Assembly: GCA_963697335.1 (NCBI GenBank)
Contig: CAVONQ010000007.1
Span: 96,001 to 160,000 of the forward strand
Length of the DNA stretch: 64,000 nucleotides
Reading direction: 5' to 3'
Origin: an uncultured cyanobacterium
Lineage (GTDB): Bacteria; Cyanobacteriota; Cyanobacteriia; PCC-6307; Cyanobiaceae
The position numbers and the translations under genes were made by a program. Below, piece by piece: positions 30,465 to 41,756 of this stretch. The notes beneath the pieces are model-generated. The model was not told where the DNA came from. It worked only from the letters and a program-made list of their open reading frames with translations, and did no database searches. Each line of letters starts with the position of its first letter. Positions within the stretch are counted from its first letter, which is position 1.

Positions 30465-31704
30465 TCAGAGGCGCTCAAGGGTAGGGATCGCCCGATAAAA
30501 CAGCATCTCCGGGTGGGCCTGAAAACTGGCCTTCACCTCAGCCGCCAGGTTCCAGGGCAACACCAGCACCTGCCTCGGCTCCAGTGCCAGCCACTGCTCC
30601 GGTGAGACCACAGGGATGTGGCTGCCAGGCAGAAAGCGACCGATCTTGCTGGCAGCCTTGTCCGCCACCACAGGCAGGAGGTCAGCCCGCACGCCGGCGT
30701 AGTTCAGCAGGGTGTTGCCCTTGGCCGCCGCTCCGTAGCCCAGCACCGACGCGCCCTGTTGCCGGGCCTCCAGCAGAAACCTCAGCAGGGCATGCTTGGC
30801 CACCTCGGCCCGCTGCTGGAAGCCCCGAAACGCCTCCATAGACCAGAGCCCTGCCTCAGCCTCAGCGGCGAGCACAGCGGCAAGCCTGGCCTGGGCTGAA
30901 GCAGGCGGCTGCAAGATCCGCTTCGCGGCGGGCCAGCCAGACCCTGAGGCTGCCGCCGTGGGTTGGGAGCCTCTCCACGTCCATCAGCTGGAGGCCCGCA
31001 TGCTCGGCCATTCGCTGCAGGGTGGCCAGGCCGATGTAGCTGTAGTGCTCGTGATAGATGGTGTCGAACTGGTTGCCCCGCAGCAGCTCCAGCAGATGCG
31101 GGAACTCGATCGACACCTGGCCACTGGGCTTCAGCAGGATGGACATGCCGGCCAGAAAGTCATTGATGTCAGGCACGTGGGCCAACACGTTGTTGGCCAC
31201 GATCAGATCGGCCCGACGCCCCTCGGATCCCAGTTCCTCGGCCAGGCTGACGCCGAAAAACCGCTCGATCGTGGCGATTCCCTTCTGCCGCGCCGCCTCT
31301 GCGGTGGCCGCCGTGGGCTCAATCCCCAGGCAGGGAATGCCTCGCTCCTGCACGTACTGGAGGAGGTAACCGTCGTTGCTGGCCAGCTCCACCACCAGGC
31401 TCTCAACCCCGAGGCCAAGGCGCTCGCAGGCAGTCGCCACAAAGTGCTCGGCATGCTCGCACCAACTTGTTGAGGTGCTGGAGAAATAGGCGTAGTCAGC
31501 GGTGAACAGCTGAGCGGCCGCCGCGTGGGCCGGCACCTGCACCAGCCAGCAACTGGTGCACACCGACACCTTCAGCGGATAGGTGATCTCTGGCTGCAGC
31601 AGTTGCTCGGCCGTGAGGTAGGCGTTGCTGGGGGGCTGATGGCCCAGGTCGATCACCTCCTGCTCCAGCGGCGCTTGGCAGTGACGGCAGCGGTGCTGGA
31701 TCAC
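30465..31704 (-). pseudogene. NDP-hexose 3-C-methyltransferase; +1 frameshift near 30915 as assembled
   Basis: Zn motifs CRHC and CTSCWLVQ, ELASNDGYLL, NNVLAH, FDTIYHEH, HGGSLR; C-terminal GYGAAAKGNTLLNY and PWN in the next frame; ~412 aa if repaired. Confidence 0.88.
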
Positions 31705-31722
31705 GGGACGGGAACAAACGAT

Positions 31723-32271
31723 TCAGAGGTCGGCAAGGCGCGGAAGCTGCTGGTCGCGGCGGCTGAGATCCACCACTGGCAGAGGCCAGGCGATGCCAAG
31801 GTCTGGATCATTCCACACCACTCCCACCTGGTCGGCGGGCCGATAGGGAGCGGAATGCACGTAGAGGAGCTCGCTGCCAGCCTCCAGCACCTGAAAGCCG
31901 TGCAGACAGCCCTCGGGGATCAACCAGGCATTGCCCACCTCGGCGCTCAGTTCCAGGGCCAGCCACTGGCCCTGGGTGGGGGAACCCTGGCGCCCATCGA
32001 GGGCAACGTCGAACACCCTGCCGCGTATGCAGCGCACAAGTTTGGCTTCCGGAGTGGCTCCCAGCTGCCCGTGCAGACCGCGCAGGGCGCCGATCCGCTC
32101 TGTGCGGCTCACGTTGATCTGGTGCACGGGCCGATCGCCCCACCAGGGCGCCAGGTCCTCGCGGCGGAAGGCATTGAGAAAACTGCCGCGGTCGTCGAGA
32201 AACGGCAACGAAGCCAGCTCCACCAGCCCTTCGATGGCCGTGGGGCGGACCTGGGGCGAACGCTGCGCCAT
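31723..32271 (-). CDS. rfbC: NDP-4-keto-6-deoxyhexose 3,5-epimerase (RmlC/RfbC family)
   Basis: DDRGSF, GALRGLH, KLVRCIRGRVFDV, IPEGCLHGFQ, WNDPDLGIAWP. Confidence 0.92.
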   Translation of the reverse strand: MAQRSPQVRPTAIEGLVELASLPFLDDRGSFLNAFRREDLAPWWGDRPVHQINVSRTERIGALRGLHGQLGATPEAKLVRCIRGRVFDVALDGRQGSPTQGQWLALELSAEVGNAWLIPEGCLHGFQVLEAGSELLYVHSAPYRPADQVGVVWNDPDLGIAWPLPVVDLSRRDQQLPRLADL

Positions 32272-32340
32272 GGTGCAAGGACCGCTGCGGCAGCGTCAGC
32301 CTGCCAGAGCCCCTCCCCGTAGGCTGCAGCGTGCTGGGAG

Positions 32341-33411
32341 GTGGACATGGTGAGGTCCGGGGGAGCAAGCGAGTACAGGGCTCCCCGTGAGCTGCTCCTG
32401 CACACCGGCCTGGATGGGGGACTGATCGCCGAGCTGGCCGCGGACGTCGCGGCCAACCTGCCGCAGCTGCGTCGGCGGGGCATCTGTGCCCATCCCGGCG
32501 AGGCGCTGCTGCCGGCGGTGCTGGGCAACGACTGGACCGCCTGGAAGCGCCTCGAGCGAGGACGCCGGTGGAAACCCTGGCGACGCCATGAACACCTGTG
32601 GGCCGTGGCCCCCGGCCTGGTGCCCTCGCTGCTTCAGGAACGCAGGTTCGGGCGCCTGCAGCAGCAGGTGGAGGAGCAGGGCTTCCGCCTGGCCATCGCG
32701 GTGCACCTCTTCGATGGCCGCGAACAACTGGCGCGCGACTTCGCCCGCTGTCTGATCGGGTTGCGCTGCATCGACTCCTATGACGCCTTCGCCGCTCGCC
32801 AACTGGAGCAGCATCCCCAGCGCTACCGGCTGGATCGCCTGTTCGAACCGCTGCTGGAATGGTGCGGCGCCCGGGGGCTGCGCTTCGTGCTGCATCCGCC
32901 CGCCGGGGGAGAACGTCTGGCCAGCACCTGGACCACCCTGAGCCTGTTCGGAGGCGCCGGCTGCCCTGAGCTGCCTGGATCCAGCCATGAGGCCACGCCC
33001 TCACAGCCGCCATGGCAAGCCGGACTGCCGATCCCCCCAGACCTCTCGCCGCGCGCTGTGGCGCTGGCTCAGCAATGCCTGCAGGGCCTCGATCAACCGC
33101 CCCGAGGCCAACGGCGGCAGCAGCTTCGCCAGCAGCTCAAAGCCCAGCTCAATGGATCGAGCCTGCCTGAGCCGGCAGAGCCCTGCTGGGCCGACCGCTT
33201 CGAGGCGCCCTGCCTGGACGCCGAGATCGCCGCGGCCCAGCAACGGCTGGGGCTGAGGGTCTGGGGTATGGACTGGCCGGCCGTGGGGCCGATCACGCCG
33301 GCGGCGCTCCCCGTTGGACTCTCCCGGCGGCGGTTCCGCAAGCGCCCACGCGGGGCCCCGGTCAAGGCCCTGCGCCGTCGACCGGAAGCCTTGGATCAGG
33401 CTGTCGGCTGA
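32341..33411 (+). CDS. Hypothetical protein, possibly a degenerate sulfotransferase-like fold
   Basis: 356 aa ORF filling the gap. N-terminal LLLHTG...NLPQLRRRGI resembles the IIHIG...HGI start of the 43111 gene. Confidence 0.6.
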   Translation: MDMVRSGGASEYRAPRELLLHTGLDGGLIAELAADVAANLPQLRRRGICAHPGEALLPAVLGNDWTAWKRLERGRRWKPWRRHEHLWAVAPGLVPSLLQERRFGRLQQQVEEQGFRLAIAVHLFDGREQLARDFARCLIGLRCIDSYDAFAARQLEQHPQRYRLDRLFEPLLEWCGARGLRFVLHPPAGGERLASTWTTLSLFGGAGCPELPGSSHEATPSQPPWQAGLPIPPDLSPRAVALAQQCLQGLDQPPRGQRRQQLRQQLKAQLNGSSLPEPAEPCWADRFEAPCLDAEIAAAQQRLGLRVWGMDWPAVGPITPAALPVGLSRRRFRKRPRGAPVKALRRRPEALDQAVG

Positions 33412-33437
33412 TCAGGCCTGCTGATCTGGTCAGCTGA

Positions 33438-34436
33438 TCAAGCCATCCGCAGATCCAGCAGGCGCTCGGGGTAGGCCAGCATGAAGGCCCGCTGCAGGCG
33501 GGAGTTGCGCCACGGCCGCAACTTGCGCAGGTAGCGACCCTTGCGGTCTTCGATCAGCACATTGGTCACGCCGTCGAGCCCCCAGCCATGGTCGGGATCG
33601 AAGGGCCAGAAGCTGTAGACGGTTCGGGCATGGGGGGAGAGGGCGACCACCCCCTGCATGAACGTCCCCCGTCCCGCCACGAAGTGCCGCCCGCGCACCA
33701 GAAAGGCGATGTCGCGCTCGAGGCCCCAGCTGTGCAGGGTCACCTCCAGGCCCAGGGAACGGCAGTGCTGCTGCAGGGCCAGCACCACGGGGTTGCCGAA
33801 GTCTTCGAACACCAGGTGCACATGGCCCCAGGCCCGCTGCTGCAGCACCAGGGTGTAAAAGGCCAGCGGCGGCTGGTAGTAGCCGGGGTGGGGATGGCGA
33901 TCGAAGATGTCGCCGCAGCGAATGTGCACCACCAGGTGGTCGTCCGGCAGGGCCTCCCCCTCCAGCGCCAGCGTCATGGCGGGCCGCAACTGCTGCAGCA
34001 GGCTGCGGAAGCCGGCCATCGGATGGGCCAGGGCGCCGAGGGTATGGCAGTAGAAGAAGCGCCCCTCCAGGCGGGTGTGCTCGGGGGGGAAATGGCTGAG
34101 GCCATTGACCACTTCCAGACCATCGGCCAGACGCGTGGAGCCACGGCGCAGGTACCAGGCATCGGGAACCTCCAGGACCCTGGCACCGATCCGACGGGCG
34201 AGGTGGGAGGCATGGCAGAGCTGGGCGAGGCTGTTGGAGAAGCGCTCCAGGCGGTGGATCCGCAGGGCGTCGACCCTGCCATCGAAGGATTCGGGAGTGG
34301 CACCTTTGCCCAGATGCACGGCGTAGGGATCGCTGCGCCGGCGATGGGCGGTGGGGGAGGGAATCCTGTGGCCCCGCATCAGCAGAAGGTCGAGCTGATG
34401 GCGTTCGGCGAAGACACTCTGAACGTGGTCACTCAT
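33438..34436 (-). CDS. Putative glycosyltransferase with a GT11-like motif
   Basis: LVVHIRCGDIF...PPLAFY resembles the HxRRGD motif; sits within the rfbFG run. Confidence 0.6.
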   Translation of the reverse strand: MSDHVQSVFAERHQLDLLLMRGHRIPSPTAHRRRSDPYAVHLGKGATPESFDGRVDALRIHRLERFSNSLAQLCHASHLARRIGARVLEVPDAWYLRRGSTRLADGLEVVNGLSHFPPEHTRLEGRFFYCHTLGALAHPMAGFRSLLQQLRPAMTLALEGEALPDDHLVVHIRCGDIFDRHPHPGYYQPPLAFYTLVLQQRAWGHVHLVFEDFGNPVVLALQQHCRSLGLEVTLHSWGLERDIAFLVRGRHFVAGRGTFMQGVVALSPHARTVYSFWPFDPDHGWGLDGVTNVLIEDRKGRYLRKLRPWRNSRLQRAFMLAYPERLLDLRMA

Positions 34437-34439
34437 GGA

Positions 34440-35522
34440 TCAGCCTGCCCCGTAGGCCTCCAGATCGGCCTGGCAGCATGCCAGGGGAGGCGACCCTTCA
34501 TCCACCTGTCGATACCAACCGGCGGTACGGGCCACGGTGGTGGCGAAGTCCCAGCGGGGCTGCCAGAGCAGGCGGGTTACGGCCTTGTCGATGGCCAGGT
34601 GCAGCAGACCAGCTTCATGGGGTGCCCCAGGTGCGCTGGAGTCGCGCCAGCGGCCATGCCGGTGGGTCTGCAGGGCCTCCACCAGCTGCTGCACCGTGCG
34701 GTTCGACTCCAGCCCGGGACCAAAGTTCCAGGCCTCGGCAAAACCCGCCGGATCCCGGCTCAGGGCTTCAGCGAGCTGCAGGTAGCCGCCCAGGGGTTCG
34801 AGCACGTGCTGCCATGGACGGGTGGCCCCGGGGTGGCGCAGCTCCAGGGTCTCCGCTGCCGCCCAGGCGCGCATGGCATCGGGCACGATCCGGTCAGGGG
34901 CCCAGTCGCCCCCGCCGATCACGTTGCCGGCCCTGGCCGTGGCCACCGCAAGGTGAGGGGTCTGGTGGGCGCCAGACCCACAGAAACTGCTGCGCCAGGA
35001 CGCGATGGCCAGCTCGGCCGCCGCCTTGCTGGCGCTGTAGGGGTCGTGACCTCCGAGCCGGTCGGGCTCCCGGTAGCCATGCAGCCACTCCCGGTTCTCA
35101 TACACCTTGTCGGTCGTCACCATGACCACAGCGCAGGGATGGGGTACCGCCCTGAGGGCTTCCAGCAGATGCAGGCTGCCCTGCACGTTCGTGGCCCAGG
35201 TACCGAGGGGGTCGGCGTAGCCCCGCCGCACCAGGGCCTGGGCCGCCAGGTGAATCACCACCTGGGGGCGGGAGTCCCGCACCGCCGTCGCCACGGCCTC
35301 GACGTGGCGCAGATCCAGCAGGCGCGAGCGGAGCTGCTCCGGGAAGCTGCGCTCGAGCTCCAGGGCGCCATAGAGGCTGGGGCTGCCTTCAGGTGGCAGG
35401 GCCAGCCCCTCGACCCTCGCCCCAAGCTGCAGCAACCAGAGGGCCAGCCAGGCCCCCTTGAAGCCGGTGTGGCCGGTGAGCAGCACTCGCCGACCAGCCC
35501 AGAAGGCCGGATCGATGCTCAT
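34440..35522 (-). CDS. rfbG: CDP-glucose 4,6-dehydratase
   Basis: [57 protein letters not shown]. Confidence 0.97.
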   Translation of the reverse strand: MSIDPAFWAGRRVLLTGHTGFKGAWLALWLLQLGARVEGLALPPEGSPSLYGALELERSFPEQLRSRLLDLRHVEAVATAVRDSRPQVVIHLAAQALVRRGYADPLGTWATNVQGSLHLLEALRAVPHPCAVVMVTTDKVYENREWLHGYREPDRLGGHDPYSASKAAAELAIASWRSSFCGSGAHQTPHLAVATARAGNVIGGGDWAPDRIVPDAMRAWAAAETLELRHPGATRPWQHVLEPLGGYLQLAEALSRDPAGFAEAWNFGPGLESNRTVQQLVEALQTHRHGRWRDSSAPGAPHEAGLLHLAIDKAVTRLLWQPRWDFATTVARTAGWYRQVDEGSPPLACCQADLEAYGAG

Positions 35523-36292
35523 CGCCAGCACTTCCAGGGGGCCTGGCCGCCCTGCCAGAGCGCCTCAAGCCGGTTGCGCTCCCTCAGGGTGTCCATCGGC
35601 TGCCAGAAGCCACTGTGGCGAAAGGCCGACAGCTGGCCGTCCGCTGCCAGTCGCGGCAGCACGTCGGCCTCGAACACGCTGGCGTCATCGCGGATCAGAT
35701 CACACACCGAGGGCTCCAGCACAAAGAAACCACCGCTGATCCAGGCGTTGTCGCCATCGGGCTTCTCCTGGAACTGGCGCACCCGGTGATCCTCAAGATG
35801 CAGGGCGCCGTAGCGGCCAGGCGGCTGTACGGCGGTGAGCGTGGCCCGCAGGCCCTGGCTGGTGTGATGCCGCACCAGGGCCGCCACATCCACATCGGCG
35901 AGGCCATCCCCATAGGTGAAGCAGAACGACTGCTCCCCCAGATAGGGTCGCACCCGGGCCAGTCGGCCACCGGTCTGAGTGGTCTCGCCGGTGTCCACCA
36001 GGGTCACTTTCCAGGGCTCGGTCTTCTGATGGTGCACCTCCATGCGATTGCCCTCATCCATGTGAAACGTGACATCGCTGGTATGGAGGAAGTAGTTCGC
36101 GAAGTACTCCTTGATCATGTAGCCCTTGTAGCCACAACACACCACGAAGTCGTTGATGCCGAAGGCGCTATAGATCTTGAGAATGTGCCATAGGATCGGG
36201 CGCCCGCCCACCTCCACCATGGGCTTGGGACGCACCTGGGTCTCCTCGGAAAGGCGGGTGCCCAAACCGCCTGCGAGGATGACAGCTTTCAT
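35519..36292 (-). CDS. rfbF: Glucose-1-phosphate cytidylyltransferase
   Basis: [38 protein letters not shown]; 257 aa from ATG 36292. Confidence 0.97.
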   Translation of the reverse strand: MKAVILAGGLGTRLSEETQVRPKPMVEVGGRPILWHILKIYSAFGINDFVVCCGYKGYMIKEYFANYFLHTSDVTFHMDEGNRMEVHHQKTEPWKVTLVDTGETTQTGGRLARVRPYLGEQSFCFTYGDGLADVDVAALVRHHTSQGLRATLTAVQPPGRYGALHLEDHRVRQFQEKPDGDNAWISGGFFVLEPSVCDLIRDDASVFEADVLPRLAADGQLSAFRHSGFWQPMDTLRERNRLEALWQGGQAPWKCWR

Positions 36293-36389
36293 GCAACAGC
36301 CCAGGCGTGACGCCAGTTTAAGCCGCGGGGGCCAAGGCTCCGATGCCCGCGGCTGAGCACCTCCAACCTGCCCCGCTAGGCCCGAGTCC

Positions 36390-37979
36390 ATGGCTGCTGC
36401 TCCCCCCGATCTCGTCTGGCTGCCTGCGGCCAGCCGCCGGTTGCTGCAGGCCTCCCGACTGATGCGCTCGGGCCAGCCTGGCCAGGCCCTGCAGCAGCTC
36501 TGCCAGGTGGCCGAAGCGTCACCGGGGTTGCGGCCCCTGTGCACCCGGCAGGCCCGCCAGGCCCTCACCGCCCAGCTCGAGCTTGAAGGCGTGCAACGGT
36601 TGCGCACCCAGCGCCCCCTGCCGGAAACCCCCAAGGCCCTGCTGGCCTGGGTGCTGGCCCATCCGGCCCAGCAGCTGGAGCTCTCGGCGGCCAGCCCGTC
36701 GGCCCTGCGGCTGGGCCTGCTGCATCAGCTGGTCTGGGACAGCACCGTGGTAGTGGCGCTCGATGGCGACGCCCCTGGCCAAGAACCGCTGCCGGCCCAG
36801 CTCTGGCTGGATGGCCAGCTGATCGCTGAGGCCAATGGATCCTGCAGCGCCTTGAATGGCCGCGAGCAGCCCGAAGCCCGCCTTGAGCGCAGGATCCGCC
36901 TGGCCCGGGGGCGCGACTGGCTGCTCAGCTGGCACCGCTGGCCGTGGCTGCCTGGCCTGGCCATCGACCTGGAAGCCCCCCTGGAGCCGGCAGAGCATCC
37001 ACGCCACTGGCAGGAGGCCCGCCGCCGCTGCCACCAGAACCTGCTGGAGGAGCGGCGGCGCCTCTGCTGGAGCTCAGTCCAGGAAAAGCACCGCGATGAC
37101 GAGCTGGTGTCCGTGGTGATTCCCGTGTGGGGTGCGGGGACGGAGCTGGCCCAAGCCCTGGAGCACCTGGGGCAATTGCAGGGCTCCCAGAAGCTGGAGA
37201 TCCTCCTGGTGGACAACGGCAACGGGGATGCCGGCACCTGCGCGGTTCTGGAGGAGGCGCCCAGGCGTGATGGCCGGGTGCGGGTGCTGCGGCAGCCCCG
37301 CAATTTCGGCTTCGCGCTGGGATGCAACCTCGGCTTCGCAGCCAGTCGCGGCAGCAAGGTGCTGTTCCTGAACAGCGATGCCCGCATGGCACCTGGGGCC
37401 CTGCCCCCGCTGCTGATCGCCCTGGAGGATCCTCAGTGTCGCGGAGCCCAACCGGCCCTGCTTACCCCCGCAGGCCAGGTGCAGTGCCTGGGCATCGTCT
37501 TCGGCCAGGCCAGCCCCCTCGGCCTGGCCCTGCATGCCGGAGCCGCAGCGGCGCCCCTGCTGCGTCGTCGCCGCACCCCCGCCGCCACGGCCGCCTGCCT
37601 GCTGCTGCGTGCCCGGGAGTTTGCCGCCGTGCAGGGCTTCGATGTGGGCTATCTGAACGGCCAGGAAGACACCGATCTCTGCCACCGCCTCCGGCAGCGA
37701 TTTGGTGGTGATTTCAGCGTGGAGCCCGGCAGCCTGGTCATCCACCCGGAAGGGTCGAGTCCGGGCCGCTATCGCTTCATCGAGGCCAACCGCAGCCGGC
37801 TGATCGCCCGCTGGCCCCATCCAGACGAAGCCTCCCTGGCCAGGGCCACCGCCGCCGATGGCCTGGTGCTGGTGGACTTTCTGGACAACGACCGGCCGGG
37901 CCGGCCCCGCTGGTTGTGCGCACCAAGCCCGGTGTTCAAGCCCCAGCGATCGCAGCCTGTTGGCGCAGCAACCCCCTGA
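36390..37979 (+). CDS. Glycosyltransferase family 2 with a long N-terminal extension
   Basis: [44 protein letters not shown]. Confidence 0.88.
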   Translation: MAAAPPDLVWLPAASRRLLQASRLMRSGQPGQALQQLCQVAEASPGLRPLCTRQARQALTAQLELEGVQRLRTQRPLPETPKALLAWVLAHPAQQLELSAASPSALRLGLLHQLVWDSTVVVALDGDAPGQEPLPAQLWLDGQLIAEANGSCSALNGREQPEARLERRIRLARGRDWLLSWHRWPWLPGLAIDLEAPLEPAEHPRHWQEARRRCHQNLLEERRRLCWSSVQEKHRDDELVSVVIPVWGAGTELAQALEHLGQLQGSQKLEILLVDNGNGDAGTCAVLEEAPRRDGRVRVLRQPRNFGFALGCNLGFAASRGSKVLFLNSDARMAPGALPPLLIALEDPQCRGAQPALLTPAGQVQCLGIVFGQASPLGLALHAGAAAAPLLRRRRTPAATAACLLLRAREFAAVQGFDVGYLNGQEDTDLCHRLRQRFGGDFSVEPGSLVIHPEGSSPGRYRFIEANRSRLIARWPHPDEASLARATAADGLVLVDFLDNDRPGRPRWLCAPSPVFKPQRSQPVGAATP

Positions 37980-38913
37980 TCACCTCAAGGGCCGAGTCGT
38001 GGAGCAGGTTTTGGCTGCGGGCATGCTGAACTGCCTGCTCCAGAGTGGCCTGGATCTGCTGCTGGTTCGCCAACAGTTCCGCCCGGTTGACCTGCTCGGC
38101 CTCCACCAGTTGCTGCAGCTGCAGGCGGTCGCTTTGGCACGTCGCCAGGTCCGCCAGGGAAGCCTCCATCTGTTGCAGCTGCTCCGCCAGCTGCTCCCGG
38201 ATCCAGGCAGCATCGATGAGCTCGGCGCGAGCTGCCCCGAGCTCCAAGCCGAGATTGTGCAAATCAGCCTCGAAACGGGCCAGCCGTTGGCGCTGCTCGA
38301 GCAACCGCCCTGGTTGGGCAGACGCCTCAAGGCGCGCCGGGTAACTGAAATCAGGCTGCCGCAGTTCAGCGGGAGCTGCCAGGGGATGGCCGTCCAGGCT
38401 GAGGTAAGCGGGCAGGATCTCTGGGTGGCTCTGGAGCAGGTCAAGGGCAATTCTGGCCTCGAGCGCTTCGGGCTGAGGTCGGAACCAGAGATCCTGGCCA
38501 GCCAGGTCGGCTCCCGGGCCGTCGACAGTCGCCGACAACGGGTCCGCCTGCGCTCCACGTTGCAGCGCCTCCACCACCCAGCCAACCAGCTGGGGCACCG
38601 AGCTGAGGGCCAGGTTGACCAGGCGCAGCTGGGGCAACGGCTCTGTCGCCATCCAGATCGAGGCCAGATCAGCCAGGTGGGCATAGTGACCGGCCAGGCC
38701 CCCCTCAGACTCCAGCAGGTCGGCGCAGAGAGCCTGGTCGGGGGTGGGATAGAGCACGGCCACGGGCCCCAGGCCCAGCTCCACCGCCTCCCAGGACTCC
38801 AGCCATTCCACCGGCAGGTCTGCGGCAACCAGAGCGTTCAACATCCGTTGCACCACCGGCTCCAGCACGGGATCAGCAGCCCCGGGAGGGGGGGCAATCC
38901 TAAGTGCGTTCAC
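37936..38913 (-). CDS. Hypothetical protein with a C-terminal coiled coil
   Basis: 325 aa; the last ~115 aa are L/Q/E/A-rich heptad-like sequence; host-like codon usage. Confidence 0.75.
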   Translation of the reverse strand: MNALRIAPPPGAADPVLEPVVQRMLNALVAADLPVEWLESWEAVELGLGPVAVLYPTPDQALCADLLESEGGLAGHYAHLADLASIWMATEPLPQLRLVNLALSSVPQLVGWVVEALQRGAQADPLSATVDGPGADLAGQDLWFRPQPEALEARIALDLLQSHPEILPAYLSLDGHPLAAPAELRQPDFSYPARLEASAQPGRLLEQRQRLARFEADLHNLGLELGAARAELIDAAWIREQLAEQLQQMEASLADLATCQSDRLQLQQLVEAEQVNRAELLANQQQIQATLEQAVQHARSQNLLHDSALEVIRGLLRQQAAIAGA

Positions 38914-38999
38914 AGACCCTTCCAGGCAACTGCCCCATTTTGCTACCCACCCCAGCTGCCACCCAGGCGAGGCAGCATGCCGGGCTGGCAGGAGAGGAC

Positions 39000-39520
39000 G
39001 GAACTGGCTGCGGATCTGACGGTGCAGTGTCTTTTGGTTCCTCTTAACGGTCAGGAGGAAGTCGGCCCCCTGCTCGGTGAGCTGTTGAAAAAAGGTTTCT
39101 GGGTGTGGAGCGCATCTGCCTGGATCAGCACCCCCTCGAGATCCAGCTCCCCGAGCAGTTGCCGGAGGACGGCCCGCTCGTGGTTCGCGCCAGTGGCGTA
39201 GCAGGCCTGCGAGATCGCCACACCCAAGGCGGCCGAGTACAGCGTCACCTGGGCAATGAACGCCGAACCACCGCCGGGTGTGGTCTCGATCGAGCCTCGC
39301 AGGGTCTTGCCGTCACACACCAGCTGATCGAGATCTGCTGCACCACCAGGGATCTGGGCGATCGTCCAGTCACGGATGGCCGCGCACAAGGCCGCCACAT
39401 CCACCTGCAGGAAGAAGTAGCGGAACGCTGAATCCGATGGGGGCCGCCGCAGTTCAAGGCCCAGCTGCTGACCCAGCACCGAATGGTGACGGCGAGCAAA
39501 CCGCATCGAGACCGCAAAGG
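39000..39520 (-). mobile_element. ISAs1-family transposase remnant with a -1 slippery site
   Basis: PSDSAFR, VCDGKTLRGS, HE, ADALHTQ, then GADFLLTVKRNQKTL in the -1 frame after T TTT TTC (39093-39087). N- and C-terminal parts are missing; no terminal IRs recognised. Confidence 0.9.
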
Positions 39521-39588
39521 CACCTGTGACAATGAACCCAAGAGGGTCACAATAGCGGGCAGAGGATCACTTAAGCAGCAGCAAAGGC

Positions 39589-40746
39589 ATGAGCAAGACA
39601 GCCTTGATCACCGGGGTCACGGGCCAGGATGGAAGTTATCTGGCCGAACTTCTACTGGAGAAGGGCTACGAAGTGCATGGCATCAAGCGACGCGCCAGCA
39701 GCTTCAACACCAGCCGCATCGACCATCTCTACCAGGATCCCCATGCCAGTGATCCGCGCCTGGTACTGCACTATGGCGATCTCACCGACAGCACCAACCT
39801 GATTCGGATCATCCAGCAGGTTCAACCTGATGAAATTTACAATCTGGGAGCTCAGAGCCATGTTCAGGTGAGCTTTGAGGCACCCGAATACACGGCTAAC
39901 AGTGATGGCCTGGGTACACTCAGAATTCTCGAAGCCGTCAGGATTCTGGGCCTCTCCGAGCGCACCCGGATCTATCAGGCCAGCACCAGCGAACTGTTCG
40001 GGCTCGTGCAGGAAGTTCCTCAGAAGGAGAGTACACCCTTCTACCCCAGAAGCCCCTATGGGGTGGCCAAACTGTACGCCTACTGGATCACGGTGAACTA
40101 TCGAGAGGCCTACGGCATGTACGCCTGCAATGGCATCCTCTTCAATCATGAATCTCCCCGAAGGGGCGAGACGTTTGTAACCCGCAAGATCACGCGAGGG
40201 CTGGCCAGAATTGATGCAGGCTTGGATCAGTGCCTCTACATGGGCAACCTCGACTCCCTGCGCGACTGGGGGCATGCTCGCGACTATGTCGAGATGCAAT
40301 GGCGGATGCTGCAACAGGAAGGCCCCCCAGAAGACTTCGTGATCGCCACCGGAAGGCAGGAAAGTGTGCGCCGATTCATCGAATTGGCCGCTGCGGCCGT
40401 TGGCTGGAAGGCTCCAGGCCGTGGCCCAGCCATCGAGTGGCAGGGTGAAGGCCTCGAAGAAGTGGGCCGTCGCGGAGACACCGGTGCCGCTGTGGTGCGG
40501 ATCGACCCCCGCTACTTCAGACCTGCAGAGGTGGAAACCCTACTGGGAGATCCAAGGCGGGCCCACGAAAAACTCGGCTGGACTCCCACCACTACCCTCG
40601 AGGAGTTGGTGGAGGAAATGGTCGCCTGCGACAAACTGGAGGCCTCCAAAGAAGCCACCCTGCGGCGGGAGGGGTTCACCGTGGTGGGGTCGATGGAGAA
40701 CCCCCCAACCCATCCCAATGAAGTGAGCCAGACGGTGAAGGCATGA
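39589..40746 (+). CDS. gmd: GDP-mannose 4,6-dehydratase
   Basis: [53 protein letters not shown]. Confidence 0.99.
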   Translation: MSKTALITGVTGQDGSYLAELLLEKGYEVHGIKRRASSFNTSRIDHLYQDPHASDPRLVLHYGDLTDSTNLIRIIQQVQPDEIYNLGAQSHVQVSFEAPEYTANSDGLGTLRILEAVRILGLSERTRIYQASTSELFGLVQEVPQKESTPFYPRSPYGVAKLYAYWITVNYREAYGMYACNGILFNHESPRRGETFVTRKITRGLARIDAGLDQCLYMGNLDSLRDWGHARDYVEMQWRMLQQEGPPEDFVIATGRQESVRRFIELAAAAVGWKAPGRGPAIEWQGEGLEEVGRRGDTGAAVVRIDPRYFRPAEVETLLGDPRRAHEKLGWTPTTTLEELVEEMVACDKLEASKEATLRREGFTVVGSMENPPTHPNEVSQTVKA

Positions 40747-41756
40747 GCTCCAGCAGCGCTCTGGAATCCGGTGGGTTGCTCCATCCCCAGGACAGAATTT
40801 TTGTGGCGGGTCATCGTGGCATGGCCGGCAGTGCAATCTACCGAGCCCTCGAGCAAAAAGGTTTCAGCAATCTGCTCACCGCTGATCGCTCCAGCCTCGA
40901 CCTCAGCAACGGCCAGACCGTAAGCACTTGGTTTCAGCAACAGAAGCCAGATGTGGTGGTGGTTGCTGCCGCTAAGGTTGGTGGCATTTTTGCGAACTCA
41001 ACCTATCCCGCAGACTTTCTGCTGGACAATCTCAAGATTCAGCTCAATGTGATTGAGGCTGCCTGGAAACGGGGTGTGCGCCGCCTGCTGTTTCTCGGCA
41101 GCAGTTGCATCTACCCAAAGTTTGCAGCCCAACCGATCCGAGAGGAGGAGTTACTGAATGGCCCCTTGGAGCCCACCAACGAGTGGTACGCCATGGCCAA
41201 GATCACTGGCATCAAGCTATGCGAAGCACTACGTCTTCAGCATGGCTTTGATGCCATTAGCTTGATGCCTACCAATCTCTACGGCCCAGGGGATAACTAT
41301 CACCCGCAGAACAGTCATGTTCTGCCAGCCATGATTCGTCGGTTCCATGAGGCCCGCCTCAGTGGCGCCAGTTCCGTGACCTGCTGGGGCACTGGCCAAC
41401 CGCGCCGAGAGTTTCTGCATGTGGACGATCTTGCCGACGCCTGCGTGTACTGCCTTGAGCATTGGAATCCCTCAGCTGAAGAGGCTCCAAAGCGTGACGA
41501 TGGGCAGTTACTGAGCTTCCTGAATGTGGGCACCGGTGAAGATCTACCGATCAAGGAGTTGGCAGAGATGGTGGCCGACGCAGTGGGATTTCAAGGGCGC
41601 ATTGAGTGGGAAACGAGCAAACCAGATGGGACCCCTCGCAAGCTTCTGGATGTCACTCGACTGAAGGGCCTCGGCTGGCAAGCCAAAGTCTCCCTGCCAG
41701 TGGGAATCCAACAGGTGGCTAGGGACTTTGCCCAGGGAGCATCCACACGTCTTTGA
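40743..41756 (+). CDS. fcl: GDP-L-fucose synthase
   Basis: [52 protein letters not shown]. Confidence 0.98.
   Translation: MSSSSALESGGLLHPQDRIFVAGHRGMAGSAIYRALEQKGFSNLLTADRSSLDLSNGQTVSTWFQQQKPDVVVVAAAKVGGIFANSTYPADFLLDNLKIQLNVIEAAWKRGVRRLLFLGSSCIYPKFAAQPIREEELLNGPLEPTNEWYAMAKITGIKLCEALRLQHGFDAISLMPTNLYGPGDNYHPQNSHVLPAMIRRFHEARLSGASSVTCWGTGQPRREFLHVDDLADACVYCLEHWNPSAEEAPKRDDGQLLSFLNVGTGEDLPIKELAEMVADAVGFQGRIEWETSKPDGTPRKLLDVTRLKGLGWQAKVSLPVGIQQVARDFAQGASTRL

Noticed and set aside
33588..35789. 733 aa plus-strand ORF
   Set aside because: Antisense shadow of rfbG and the GT11-like gene; no motifs, and long shadow frames are common in GC-rich DNA.
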